From assembly GCA_030833185.1 (NCBI GenBank), contig JAURHQ010000001.1, positions 27,250 to 91,249 on the forward strand: a stretch of DNA of 64,000 nucleotides, given 5' to 3'. Below the pieces are notes generated by a model. That model was not told the DNA's origin, did no database searches, and saw only the letters and a program-made list of their open reading frames with translations. The position numbers and the translations under genes were made by a program. This DNA is from Gammaproteobacteria bacterium. Lineage in GTDB: Bacteria; Pseudomonadota; Gammaproteobacteria; Ga0077536. The stretch's first letter is position 1, and each line of letters opens with the position of its first letter. Of this stretch, positions 32,245 through 41,597 are shown piece after piece.

Positions 32245-33672
32245 ATGTCTGGTCCCGGGAAAAAGCACAAGAAAAAGTCCGCGCAGCGACTTTTCGTCCT
32301 CGACACCAACGTGCTCCTGCACGATCCCTCCTGCCTGTTCCGATTCGCGGAACACGACCTGTTCATTCCGATGATGGTGCTGGAGGAACTCGACGCCGCC
32401 AAAAAAGGCGTCTCCGAAGTGGCTCGCAATGCCCGTCAGGTCAGCCGCACGCTTGACGATCTCATCGGCCCGGCGGACCGCGAGGCGATCGAAGCCGGTC
32501 TCGACCTGCCCTCCCCGATCAACACCACCGGCGCCCACCCCGCCAGCGGCAAGCTCTTTCTGCAAACCAGCCCGCTGACCAACGCGATGCCTGCCGGCCT
32601 GCCCGGCAACACCCCGGACAACAGCATCCTCGGCACCGCGCTTGCCCTCCGCGCCGCGCAGCCGAAGCGGGACGTCACGCTGGTGTCCAAAGACATCAAC
32701 CTGCGTATCAAGGCGCGGGTGGTCGGCGTTACGGCAGAGGACTACTACAACGACAAGGTGCTGGACGACATCAATCTGCTCTACACCGGCACCCGCGAAC
32801 TGCCGCCCGGCTTCTGGGCCGCGCAGGGCAAGGGGCTGGAATGCTGGCAGGCCGACGCCCGCACCTGGTACGCGGTGCCCGCCGCCAGCTACGAACATTT
32901 CTATCCCAACGAATTCGTCTACGGCCCGACCGACACCGATCTGGAACTGATTGCCCGCCGGGTGGAGCGCGAGCGGGTGGTGTTTGAACGGGCCCGCGAC
33001 TTCCGCAACCCGCGCAACGCCGTGTGGGGCATGGTGGCGCGCAACCGCGAGCAGAGTTTCGCGCTCAACCTGCTGATGGATCCGGACATCGACTTCGTAA
33101 GCCTGCTGGGCGCGGCCGGCACCGGCAAAACCCTGCTCGCGCTGGCGGCAGGCCTCGCCCAGTCGCTGGACGACAAGCGCTATCGCGAAATCATCGTCAC
33201 CCGCGAAACCGTACCGCTGGGCGAAGACATCGGCTTCCTGCCGGGCACCGAAGAAGAAAAGATGACGCCCTGGATGGGCGCGCTGATGGACAATCTGGAA
33301 GCGCTGGCGGAAACGCAGGAAGGCGGCGAGTGGGGCCGCGCGGCCACCGCCGACCTGCTCGCGAAGCGGGTAAAGGTGCGCTCCATGAACTTCATGCGCG
33401 GCCGCACCTTCTTCAACCGCTATATCGTGATCGACGAGGCGCAGAACCTGACCGCCAAGCAAATGCGCACGCTCATCACGCGCGCCGGGCCGGGGTCAAA
33501 AATTGTCTGCTGCGGCAATATTGCCCAGATCGACACGCCTTACTTAAGCGAAACCACTTCCGGGCTCACCTACATCGTCGACCGCTTCAAACATTGGGAA
33601 CACGCGGGACACATCACGCTGATGCGCGGCGAGCGTTCCCGACTGGCCGATTTCGCCGTCCAGAATCTTTAG
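32245..33672 (+). CDS. PhoH-like ATPase with N-terminal PIN domain (YlaK family).
   Basis: N-terminal PIN region (VLDTNVLLHDP...MMVLEELD) and C-terminal PhoH P-loop GAAGTGKT. Confidence 0.85.
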   Translation: MSGPGKKHKKKSAQRLFVLDTNVLLHDPSCLFRFAEHDLFIPMMVLEELDAAKKGVSEVARNARQVSRTLDDLIGPADREAIEAGLDLPSPINTTGAHPASGKLFLQTSPLTNAMPAGLPGNTPDNSILGTALALRAAQPKRDVTLVSKDINLRIKARVVGVTAEDYYNDKVLDDINLLYTGTRELPPGFWAAQGKGLECWQADARTWYAVPAASYEHFYPNEFVYGPTDTDLELIARRVERERVVFERARDFRNPRNAVWGMVARNREQSFALNLLMDPDIDFVSLLGAAGTGKTLLALAAGLAQSLDDKRYREIIVTRETVPLGEDIGFLPGTEEEKMTPWMGALMDNLEALAETQEGGEWGRAATADLLAKRVKVRSMNFMRGRTFFNRYIVIDEAQNLTAKQMRTLITRAGPGSKIVCCGNIAQIDTPYLSETTSGLTYIVDRFKHWEHAGHITLMRGERSRLADFAVQNL

Positions 33673-33777
33673 GGCGAAAGCCCGATTTCTCCTGATCCCG
33701 CGCGGTGACAGCGAGGCAGGCTGTCAGGCTACCATCGGGCGCGTTACCCAACCGTCCGCAGCGCCCGGAGCAATGCC

Positions 33778-35289
33778 TTGACCTGTCACTTCCAACTCGC
33801 GCCGGGCGCCCGGGTGACCACGCTGCGCGCCGCGCTGCGTGAAATCGCCGGTAACAGCGACAGCACGCCGCAGCGTCTGGAACGACTGTACCTGGACAGC
33901 TTCGACCGGCGACTGGCCGCTGCCGGCTGGGTGATGGAAGCCGATCGCAGCGACGCCGGCAGCACGAATCTGCGGCTGCGGCCGTGCCGGGGAGAAAGTG
34001 ACGAACCCCTCCTCTGCGACCCGCCGCTGCCGCGCACGGCGGGCGACTGCTCGCGCCCGCGTCTGCGCGCGCGGCTCGAGCGCTTGCTGGAGGGTCGTGC
34101 GCTGCTGGTGGAATCCATCGGCATGCTGCGCATCGAAGCGTTTCCCTGTCTGGATGCGCACGGCAAGCTGGTCGCCATCCTCAGGCTGGAACAGCCGGCG
34201 GCGGCGAAGCGCGCGGCGGTGCTCCGCGTGCACGCGATTACCGGGTTTGAAGGGGCGACGCGACGGATCACAAGGCAGCTGCGCGCGAGCGGTCTGCTCC
34301 GGCCCTTGCGGGTAGATTGCGCCGTGCCGCTGGGCCTGAGCCTGCCCACCTACGCGGCCAAACCGGTGGTTCGCCTGCGCCCAGGCAACCGCGCCGCACG
34401 GGCACTGGCCCATCTGCTGCTCGCCTACACGGCAACGCTGCGCGCCAACGAACCCGGCATCCTCAATGACTGGGACAGCGAGTTTCTGCACGATTACCGG
34501 GTCGCCTTGCGCAGCATCCGGTCCTGGCTGGGCGAGCTTAAATCCTGCATCGAGCCGGTGGCCCGGCGCGAGGTCAAGGCAAGTCTGGCGCACCTCAACC
34601 GAATGACCGGCGCGTTGCGCGATCTGGACGTGCTCTGCGCGCGCCTGCCGGACTATGTGAGCGATAACGTCGGGGCTGCGGCTCACCGGCTCGCGGTCCG
34701 GGCCAAAGCCGCCCGCGCCGATGCCCGTGCGGACCTCGTCGACTACCTGCAGAGCGCGAGCTATGTCGCCGCCATGGCCCGCTGGTCGGACTTCCTGAGC
34801 GCACTGACCAAAGGTGAGCACGCCGGCCGCCGGGGCCGTGAGCGGGTGGATGGGGTGCTGGACCGCGCGCTGGCCCGACGGCGCGCCAGCATTCTTGCCT
34901 TCGACGCCGACAAAGCGCGGGAAGACGCCACGGTGATGCACGAGCTGCGCAAGGAATGCAAAAAGCTGCGCTACCTGCTGGAAGGATTTCAGTCCCTGTT
35001 TGAGCCCGCCGCCCGCGAGCGCGCGGTGCTGGAACTCAAAACCCTGCAGAGCGCGACCGGCGAAATTCAGGACCTGCACGTCCATCTTGGCTTGCTCACA
35101 CAACTGGCGCAGACCGTCCGGGATGGCGATGATGAGCCGGCGGCACTGGACGCCTTGCTGCAGCAACTCCGCGCGCGACTGCGGACGCTGGAACAAGCCC
35201 AGCTCGCGCGGGTGACCACCGCGCTGGCGCGCTTCGGCAGCCGGCGAGTGCAGCGGATTTTTGACCGATTGCAGGAGAAAGCGGCGTGA
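33778..35289 (+). CDS. CHAD domain protein with an N-terminal CYTH-like domain (YgiF-type architecture).
   Basis: C-terminal half has CHAD-type conserved His/Arg helices (LHDYRVALRSIRSWL, MHELRKECKKLRYLLE). N-terminal half resembles the CYTH beta-barrel of YgiF (RLYLDSFDRRL...LRLR) but lacks the ExExK motif. Its stop overlaps the next gene's start (GTGA). Confidence 0.7.
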   Translation: MTCHFQLAPGARVTTLRAALREIAGNSDSTPQRLERLYLDSFDRRLAAAGWVMEADRSDAGSTNLRLRPCRGESDEPLLCDPPLPRTAGDCSRPRLRARLERLLEGRALLVESIGMLRIEAFPCLDAHGKLVAILRLEQPAAAKRAAVLRVHAITGFEGATRRITRQLRASGLLRPLRVDCAVPLGLSLPTYAAKPVVRLRPGNRAARALAHLLLAYTATLRANEPGILNDWDSEFLHDYRVALRSIRSWLGELKSCIEPVARREVKASLAHLNRMTGALRDLDVLCARLPDYVSDNVGAAAHRLAVRAKAARADARADLVDYLQSASYVAAMARWSDFLSALTKGEHAGRRGRERVDGVLDRALARRRASILAFDADKAREDATVMHELRKECKKLRYLLEGFQSLFEPAARERAVLELKTLQSATGEIQDLHVHLGLLTQLAQTVRDGDDEPAALDALLQQLRARLRTLEQAQLARVTTALARFGSRRVQRIFDRLQEKAA

Positions 35290-36062
35290 AAGTATTCGCC
35301 ACGTACAACGTCAAGGGCGGGGTTGGCAAAACCGCCGCCACGGTCAATCTGAGCTATCTGGCCAGCCGCGCCGGCTATCGCTGCGTGGTCTGGGACCTCG
35401 ATCCACAGGGAGCGGCCGGCTTCTACTTCCGCATCGAACCGGAAACCACCACCGACCCGGCGGCGTTTCTGGAAAAAAAGCGCGGGCTCAAGGCCGCCGT
35501 CCGCGGCACCAATTACCCCGGACTCGACCTTATTCCGGCCGATCTGGGGCATCGCAACCTCGACATCGCGCTGGCCGAGTTTCGCAAGCCGGGCAGCCGG
35601 CTGGGCAAGATGCTGGACGTGCTGGCCGACGATTACGACCTCGCCTTCGTTGACTGCGCGCCGCATCTGTCGCTGGTCTCGGAAAACATTTTCGACATGG
35701 CCGACCACCTGCTGGTGCCGGTCATCCCCACCCCGCTGTCGGTCCGGGCCTACGCCCAGCTGCGGGAGTTCTGCGGCGCGCACGGCCTCGGCCGCGACAA
35801 GCTGCTGCCGTTCTTTTCGATGGTCGACCGCCGGCGCCAGCTGCATTGCGAGCTCATCACCAGCTTTGCCGCCGAGCACCCGGAAGTGCTGCGCAGCTTC
35901 ATTCCCTACACCAGCCAGGTCGAGAAAATGGGCGAGCAGCGGGCACCGGTCCAGACCTTCGCCCCCGGCAGCCCCGGCGCGCGCGCCTTTCAGGCGCTAT
36001 GGCGGGCCTTGTGCGCGCGGGTTGGGCTGGACGACGGTCTGCCGGCGGCGGATGAGGCCTGA
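35286..36062 (+). CDS. Orphan ParA/MinD family P-loop ATPase.
   Basis: Product has the deviant Walker A motif NVKGGVGKTAATVNLS. There is no parB or parS nearby. GTG start overlaps the CHAD stop. Confidence 0.85.
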   Translation: MKVFATYNVKGGVGKTAATVNLSYLASRAGYRCVVWDLDPQGAAGFYFRIEPETTTDPAAFLEKKRGLKAAVRGTNYPGLDLIPADLGHRNLDIALAEFRKPGSRLGKMLDVLADDYDLAFVDCAPHLSLVSENIFDMADHLLVPVIPTPLSVRAYAQLREFCGAHGLGRDKLLPFFSMVDRRRQLHCELITSFAAEHPEVLRSFIPYTSQVEKMGEQRAPVQTFAPGSPGARAFQALWRALCARVGLDDGLPAADEA

Positions 36063-37113
36063 TCCGGCCGAACTGGTCGCCGCGCTGAAGGGCTGGGGGC
36101 TTGAGCTCGGCTTTCAGCAAATTGGCGTGACCGGGCTCGAACTCGGCGCCGACGCGGGCCGGCTCAAGGACTGGTTGGCCCGGCAGTATCACGGCGAGAT
36201 GCACTGGCTCACCGCCCACGGCGAGAAACGCTACACGCCCGACGCGCTGGTGCCGGGCACGCTATCGGTCATTTGCGCACGCTGCGACTATCTGCCGGAA
36301 TCGATGGACGCGATGCAGGCCCAGCTCGAAAACCCGCGCGGCGCCTACATCTCGCGCTATGCGCTGGGCCGCGACTATCACAAGACCCTGCGCGGACGGC
36401 TGCGCACGCTGGCCCGCCGGCTGGAAGCGGCGATTGGCCCGTTCGGCCACCGCGTGTTCACCGACAGCGCGCCGGTGCTGGAAAAGCCACTGGCGCGCAA
36501 CGCCGGCCTCGGCTGGATTGGCAAACACACCAATCTCATCAACCGGCACGACGGCTCGTGGTTTTTTCTCGGGGAGATTTACACCGACCTCGCGCTGCCC
36601 GCGGACCCGCCGCAGACAGCCGACCATTGCGGCAGCTGCCAGCGCTGTATCGACATCTGCCCGACGGCGGCCATCGTTGCGCCCTACGTGCTGGATGCCC
36701 GACGCTGCATCAGCTACCTGACGATCGAGCTGAAAGGCGCGATCCCAAGCGAACTGCGGCCGCTGATCGGGAACCGGATCTACGGCTGCGACGACTGCCA
36801 GCTCTGCTGCCCCTGGAATCGCTACGCCAAACGCAGCGCCCTGCCCGATTTTGACCCCCGCCACGGGCTGGACCGCGCAAGCCTGCTCACGCTGTTCGCG
36901 TGGACCGCGAGCGAATTTGAGGCACGGACCGAAGGCTCGGCGATGCGTCGGGTGAGCTTTGAACAATGGCAACGGAATCTGGCCGTCGCGCTCGGCAATG
37001 CCCCGCCGGATGCCGCCATCATCAACGCCCTTGAGGCGCAGCGGCCCCAGGCGTCCCCCCTGGTGCAGGAACACATCGACTGGGCGCTGGCGCGGCTCCG
37101 CACCGCGGCCTGA
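36052..37113 (+). CDS. queG: tRNA epoxyqueuosine(34) reductase QueG.
   Basis: N-terminus MRPDPAELVAALKGWGLELGFQQIGVT matches E. coli QueG. Two 4Fe-4S ferredoxin motifs are present (CGSCQRCIDICP, CDDCQLCCP). Its start lies 11 nt inside the ParA-like gene. Confidence 0.9.
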   Translation: MRPDPAELVAALKGWGLELGFQQIGVTGLELGADAGRLKDWLARQYHGEMHWLTAHGEKRYTPDALVPGTLSVICARCDYLPESMDAMQAQLENPRGAYISRYALGRDYHKTLRGRLRTLARRLEAAIGPFGHRVFTDSAPVLEKPLARNAGLGWIGKHTNLINRHDGSWFFLGEIYTDLALPADPPQTADHCGSCQRCIDICPTAAIVAPYVLDARRCISYLTIELKGAIPSELRPLIGNRIYGCDDCQLCCPWNRYAKRSALPDFDPRHGLDRASLLTLFAWTASEFEARTEGSAMRRVSFEQWQRNLAVALGNAPPDAAIINALEAQRPQASPLVQEHIDWALARLRTAA

Positions 37114-37119
37114 AGCAGG

Positions 37120-38100
37120 CTAACCCGAGACTTTCGGCGGCTTGTCGGTCGGGGGCGGCGGCACCGGGAGTTTTTCGAGCCATCCGCGCAGGCGCTTCGC
37201 GAGTTCGGCTTCGGCGCCGCCAAACTGCCGCGTGGCGGCGTCGAGTTCCACCAGCCGATGGGGCGGGGCTTTCGCCTCGCGCGGGGCCGCGGCGCGGCGC
37301 GCGGCTTCCCGGCGCGCAACCGGATCAAGACTCGCCACAAACTCGATGCTCGGCACCTTGATCGCCGCGAGCTTGCCGGACCAGCGCCCGATGCTGGCGA
37401 AGGCGCGAATCTCGGCCGGCAGGCCGTCGGCGTAGCAGGCCAGCACGCGGGCGGCGTTGTCGTCCTGCGCCACCAGCGCGATCAGCGGCGGCGAAGTCGA
37501 TTGCAGCAGGGCCAGCGCCGCAGCCACCCGCGCGCAAAGCGGGTCGAGCGTCGGGGCGGCATCGGCTGGCGCGATAGCCGGCGGGCTGGTGGCATCGGTC
37601 GCTGGCGGTGTGACCGCGGCCGGCGCCGCCATCGCAGCCGCCAGTGGCACCTGCAACGCGAGCGTCTGCCACGCGCCGCGCGCCGGAATCTCGCGCAGCG
37701 CCCGGGTCACCGCCTGCTGATCGATAAAGGCCTTGGGGTCCGGCACGATCAGCAGCGCACCGCGCAGGGGCTGACCGTCGGCCGGACTGCGCCGGAACGC
37801 GAAAAAGCGCCCGTCGGGCGCGTTCAGCCAGACCAGTTCCTCGTCGCCCACCAGCGCCGGCAGCCGCGGCACAAGCTCCCCTTCGCGTCCGGGCAGCCCT
37901 TTGTCTTCTGGCACCGCCGTCGCGACCGGCGCCGCGGCCGCCGGATCCGCATCCGGCGTCACTGGCGCTGTGGCCTCGGCGGCGGGCGCGACCTCGGCCG
38001 GCGCGCTGTCGGGCGCCGTCGCCTTGGCAGCGGGCTCGGCCGCACGCGCCGGCAAGCTCACCGCCAGCAGACCGCAGAGGACAAGAATGAGTGCTTGCAT
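37120..38100 (-). CDS. Secreted hypothetical protein with Ala/Pro-rich linker; possibly DUF3530-like alpha/beta fold.
   Basis: ATG 38100 gives signal peptide MQALILVLCGLLAVSLPARAAEP. The + strand ORF 37258..38400 is Arg-rich antisense junk. Confidence 0.45.
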   Translation of the reverse strand: MQALILVLCGLLAVSLPARAAEPAAKATAPDSAPAEVAPAAEATAPVTPDADPAAAAPVATAVPEDKGLPGREGELVPRLPALVGDEELVWLNAPDGRFFAFRRSPADGQPLRGALLIVPDPKAFIDQQAVTRALREIPARGAWQTLALQVPLAAAMAAPAAVTPPATDATSPPAIAPADAAPTLDPLCARVAAALALLQSTSPPLIALVAQDDNAARVLACYADGLPAEIRAFASIGRWSGKLAAIKVPSIEFVASLDPVARREAARRAAAPREAKAPPHRLVELDAATRQFGGAEAELAKRLRGWLEKLPVPPPPTDKPPKVSG

Positions 38101-38203
38101 GCGCGGGCTATCGACCCGCCAGCGCGCTTCTGGAGCGCGCTGACCGGCGCGCGCGCTTTGGGGTACAGTGCGGCGCCTTTCTCTCATTACGGATCGAATC
38201 CCC

Positions 38204-38881
38204 ATGCAAGCCGCCGTCATTGCGCCGTCCATCCTTTCTGCCAATTTTGCGCGCCTCGGCGAAGAGGTCGACGCGGTGGTCGCCGCCGGCGCCGAGTTCA
38301 TCCACTTCGACGTGATGGACAACCACTACGTGCCCAATCTGACGATCGGGCCAATGGTCTGCGCGGCGCTGCGCAAGCACGGCGTGACGGCGACCATTGA
38401 CGTGCACCTGATGGTCGAACCCGTCGACCATCTGATCGGCGAGTTTGCCAAAGCCGGGGCGAGCTATATCACGTTTCATCCCGAAGCCAGCCGGCATATC
38501 GACCGCAGCCTGCAGCTGGTACGCGATCTGGGCTGCAAAGCGGGGCTGGTGTTCAATCCGGCGACGCCGTTGGACGCCATGCGTCACGTGATGGACAAGC
38601 TCGACATGGTGCTGTTGATGTCGGTCAACCCGGGCTTTGGCGGGCAGTCTTTTATTCCATCGGCGTTGCCGAAGCTGCGCGAGGCGCGCCAGCTGATTGA
38701 TGCCTCCGGCTTGCCGATTCGGCTGGAAATCGACGGCGGGGTCAAAGTCGACAATATCGGCGAAATTGCCGCCGCCGGGGCCGACACCTTCGTCGCCGGC
38801 TCGGCCATTTTCAACGGCGGGGATTACGCCACCACCATCGCCGCCATGCGCGCCGCGATCGCCAAGGGTCGTAGCGCGTGA
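38204..38881 (+). CDS. rpe: Ribulose-phosphate 3-epimerase.
   Basis: Product starts [22 protein letters not shown]. The rpe-gph arrangement is conserved. Confidence 0.9.
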   Translation: MQAAVIAPSILSANFARLGEEVDAVVAAGAEFIHFDVMDNHYVPNLTIGPMVCAALRKHGVTATIDVHLMVEPVDHLIGEFAKAGASYITFHPEASRHIDRSLQLVRDLGCKAGLVFNPATPLDAMRHVMDKLDMVLLMSVNPGFGGQSFIPSALPKLREARQLIDASGLPIRLEIDGGVKVDNIGEIAAAGADTFVAGSAIFNGGDYATTIAAMRAAIAKGRSA

Positions 38882-39549
38882 ACACCTCCCCGCGCGTCGT
38901 GCTGTTCGATCTTGACGGCACGCTGGTCGATAGCGCGCCGGATATCGCACACGCGGCCGACAGCGCGTTGGTCGCCTGCGGTTTTCCGCCGCGCGGTGCG
39001 GAAGCGGTCCGCGGCTACATCGGCAACGGCGCCGAGCGCCTGATCCACCGCTGTCTGACCGGCGAGATGGACGGGCAGGCCAAGGCCGAGGATTTCGCCC
39101 GGACCTATGCCGCCTGGCAGTTGAGCTACCAAGCCGGTCTGACCACGCGCACGGTGGTTTATCCCGGCGTGCTGGCGACCTTGCGCGCGCTACGCGCGGC
39201 CGGCGTTCGGCTGGGGGTGGTCACCAACAAGCCGGAACGCTTTACCCTGCCGCTGCTGGCCGCGCTCGATTTGGCGCAGTGGTTTGAGGTGACCTTGTCG
39301 GGCGATTCGCTGCCGGTGAAAAAGCCCGACCCGCTGCCGCTGCAAACCGCCATCGAACGACTGGGCGGCCGCGCCGCACACGCGGCGATGGTGGGCGATT
39401 CACTGGCCGATCTGAAGGCCGCCAAGGCGGCCGGGGTGCGGGCGCTCTGCGTCAGCTACGGCTACTCGCCGAACGTCGACCTGCGGGATTACGCGCCCGA
39501 TGCGTTGGTCGACCGCATGGACGCGCTATTGCCGTTGCTCCTGGCCTGA
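38878..39549 (+). CDS. gph: Phosphoglycolate phosphatase (HAD superfamily).
   Basis: HAD motif [16 protein letters not shown] start overlaps the rpe stop. Confidence 0.85.
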   Translation: MNTSPRVVLFDLDGTLVDSAPDIAHAADSALVACGFPPRGAEAVRGYIGNGAERLIHRCLTGEMDGQAKAEDFARTYAAWQLSYQAGLTTRTVVYPGVLATLRALRAAGVRLGVVTNKPERFTLPLLAALDLAQWFEVTLSGDSLPVKKPDPLPLQTAIERLGGRAAHAAMVGDSLADLKAAKAAGVRALCVSYGYSPNVDLRDYAPDALVDRMDALLPLLLA

Positions 39550-39558
39550 AGGGCGCGT

Positions 39559-39957
39559 CTAGCCGAAGGCGCGGGTGACCAGTTCGGTGTCGAGGTATTC
39601 GGTCAACGCCTTGATCTTGCCCTGCTCGAAGCGGTACACCCAGCAGTAGGTGTTGTTGTAGGCCACACCCCGCTTGGTCATCGCGACGCCATGACCTTGC
39701 ACGACCACGAAATCGCCGTCGGCCAGCAGGTTGTCCACATGGATATGGATATGCCCATCGACCAGCGCTTCTCGAAACGGCACCAGCAGGCCGTCGATCA
39801 CATCCTGTTTGCCCTTGAAGGTTTTGGACAGGCAGGTGGTCCCGATGATGGTCCACTGCACGTCGTCATCCAGACTCTCCAGCAGCGGCGCGCCGTTACC
39901 CTTCGCCAGTTCGGCAAAATTGTGGCGGACAGTTTCCTTGTTAGCGGCTGCAGTCAT
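39559..39957 (-). CDS. SnoaL-like / NTF2 superfamily protein (ketosteroid isomerase-like).
   Basis: A 132-aa protein with an NTF2-like pattern. RBS GGGGGAGA lies upstream of ATG at 39957. Confidence 0.65.
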   Translation of the reverse strand: MTAAANKETVRHNFAELAKGNGAPLLESLDDDVQWTIIGTTCLSKTFKGKQDVIDGLLVPFREALVDGHIHIHVDNLLADGDFVVVQGHGVAMTKRGVAYNNTYCWVYRFEQGKIKALTEYLDTELVTRAFG

Positions 39958-40037
39958 GCGCGTCTCCCCCGTGCTGTTTTTTTGGTACGGGCGAGCCTAA
40001 GCGCTGGCCGGGGGCGACACAACGGGGGAAAAAATTT

Positions 40038-40075
40038 CGGGGCGGAGACCGCCCCGGGGCTATTGCCACAGGAGG
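40038..40075 (-). terminator. Putative Rho-independent terminator on the minus strand, orphan.
   Basis: Perfect 8-bp GC stem cggggcgg-aga-ccgccccg (40038-40056). On the minus strand it is followed by gaaaTTTTTT. No minus-strand gene ends there. Confidence 0.3.
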
Positions 40076-40217
40076 AGCGCGATGGCGTCGCGCTATTAGG
40101 CCAGTGTTGCAGGAGATGAATAACTCAGGTCAGGCGCCGCTCATCGCCGTCTCCCCGGCGTGCGATGAGGCATTTCCCTGCGCTGGCATCCGGCGCATCG
40201 CCACGTAGAATTGGCGC

Positions 40218-40790
40218 ATGGTACGGACGACCACTAAAAAACCTCTCGACCGCGATGCCTGGTTGCGCAAGGCGCTCGACGTGCTGTTTGCCAGTGGCAT
40301 CTCCCAGATCAAGGTGGAGGTGCTTGCCCGCAAACTGAAGCTGACCAAAGGCAGCTTTTACTGGCACTTCAAAAATCGCGACGAACTGCTGCGTTCCATG
40401 GTCGACTGGTGGCGCGACCAGCAGCTGTCTTTCCTCGCCGCCCTTGCCGCCCGGCAAGTGGCCGATCCCGCCGGTCAGATCAAGGCGGTGATCGATTTCA
40501 CCCAGCACACTGAAGACTCGCATCACGATGTCGCGATGCGCGAATTCGCGCGCTTCAACAAAGTCGCCGCGCAGGCCGTGGCCACCGTTGACCAGCAGCG
40601 CGTGGACTATCTGGCGGGCCTCTTTCGGGCCGCTGATTTCACCGAGCAGGAGGCCCTGCTCCGCGCCCGTGCGCTCTATTTCTATCAGGTCGGCGAGTAC
40701 ACGACCTCGCTCGCGATCGACCCCGGCCTGCGCGATGAACTGGCCGAACGCCAGTTCAAATTGCTGATTTGTCGTCCGCTTGATGGCTGA
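40218..40790 (+). CDS. TetR/AcrR family transcriptional regulator.
   Basis: N-terminal HTH: ISQIKVEVLARKLKLTKGSFYWHFKNRDELL. Confidence 0.8.
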   Translation: MVRTTTKKPLDRDAWLRKALDVLFASGISQIKVEVLARKLKLTKGSFYWHFKNRDELLRSMVDWWRDQQLSFLAALAARQVADPAGQIKAVIDFTQHTEDSHHDVAMREFARFNKVAAQAVATVDQQRVDYLAGLFRAADFTEQEALLRARALYFYQVGEYTTSLAIDPGLRDELAERQFKLLICRPLDG

Positions 40791-41580
40791 CGAAAATCCC
40801 TCCATACGCAGGCGTATAGTCCCCGTACGGTACCGTCTTGAACGACCCGAGACAAGCCTGCGCCTGACGCTGGGCGGGAGCTTGCTGGGCTGCGCCCTGC
40901 TCGCCACGGCAGCGGAACTGCAGCGGCCCACGCCCGTCGTGGGCACCGAAACAAGCTACGCCGGCGCCTTGATGAGCGTGGACTGCCCCCGCTGGACCAC
41001 CGGCACCTTGACCGAGGACGGCCTGCTGCTCACCACTTGTCAGGGCTACACCATTGAGTCTGACCACGCGCACGACATGAACCCCGTGCGGCTGCGCGAC
41101 GCCGCCGGCAAGACGCTGGTCGAGTTCAAGCCCTACACGCCTTCGCTGTCTTTTCCGCTCAGCGTGGGCAAACGCTGGCGCGGTCATTACACGGGTTTCA
41201 CGGCGTTCAATAATCTGGTGTGGGACGGCGAGACCACGTGCAAGGCCGAGGCCGAAGAAAAAATCACCGTGCCCGCCGGCGAGTTCGACACCCTGCGCAT
41301 TGAATGCGAGAACGGCTGGCGAGTGGGACCAAAGACCGGCAGTTCGCACGCCACCCGCTGGTACGCGCCGGCGATTGGTGCGGTGGTGAAAGAAGTCCAC
41401 GCCCGCGATCCCGAGCGCTGGAACTTTGAACTCGCGCACTACGGTCTGCCCGGCTTGAGCCCGGCGGTCCTGCCCACGCCAAGTCCGGCGCCCGCCGTGC
41501 CACCTGCCGTCGCCGCGCCCGCGCCGACCACGCCGGCGGCACCACCGGCGCCAGAAATCCTCGACCCCAACGAATACTAG
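40783..41580 (+). CDS. Hypothetical protein with possible lipobox (LLGC) and a C-terminal Pro/Ala-rich tail.
   Basis: ATG 40783 overlaps the TetR stop by 8 nt. The body has no family signature I recognise. The C-terminus is PAVLPTPSPAPAVPPAVAAPAPTTPAAPPAPEILDPNEY. Confidence 0.5.
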   Translation: MADENPSIRRRIVPVRYRLERPETSLRLTLGGSLLGCALLATAAELQRPTPVVGTETSYAGALMSVDCPRWTTGTLTEDGLLLTTCQGYTIESDHAHDMNPVRLRDAAGKTLVEFKPYTPSLSFPLSVGKRWRGHYTGFTAFNNLVWDGETTCKAEAEEKITVPAGEFDTLRIECENGWRVGPKTGSSHATRWYAPAIGAVVKEVHARDPERWNFELAHYGLPGLSPAVLPTPSPAPAVPPAVAAPAPTTPAAPPAPEILDPNEY

Positions 41581-41597
41581 CCACAAGGGCCTTTCCC

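Noticed and set aside
33724-35196. A 490-aa minus-strand ORF opposite the CHAD gene.
   Set aside because: The + strand product has CHAD helices and is translationally coupled (GTGA) to the ParA-like gene. The minus product is low-complexity.
37258-38400. A 380-aa + strand ORF.
   Set aside because: It is an Arg-rich antisense of a minus-strand gene with a proper signal peptide, and it would overlap rpe.
40125-40946. A 273-aa minus-strand ORF.
   Set aside because: It is antisense to the TetR gene, which has a canonical HTH.
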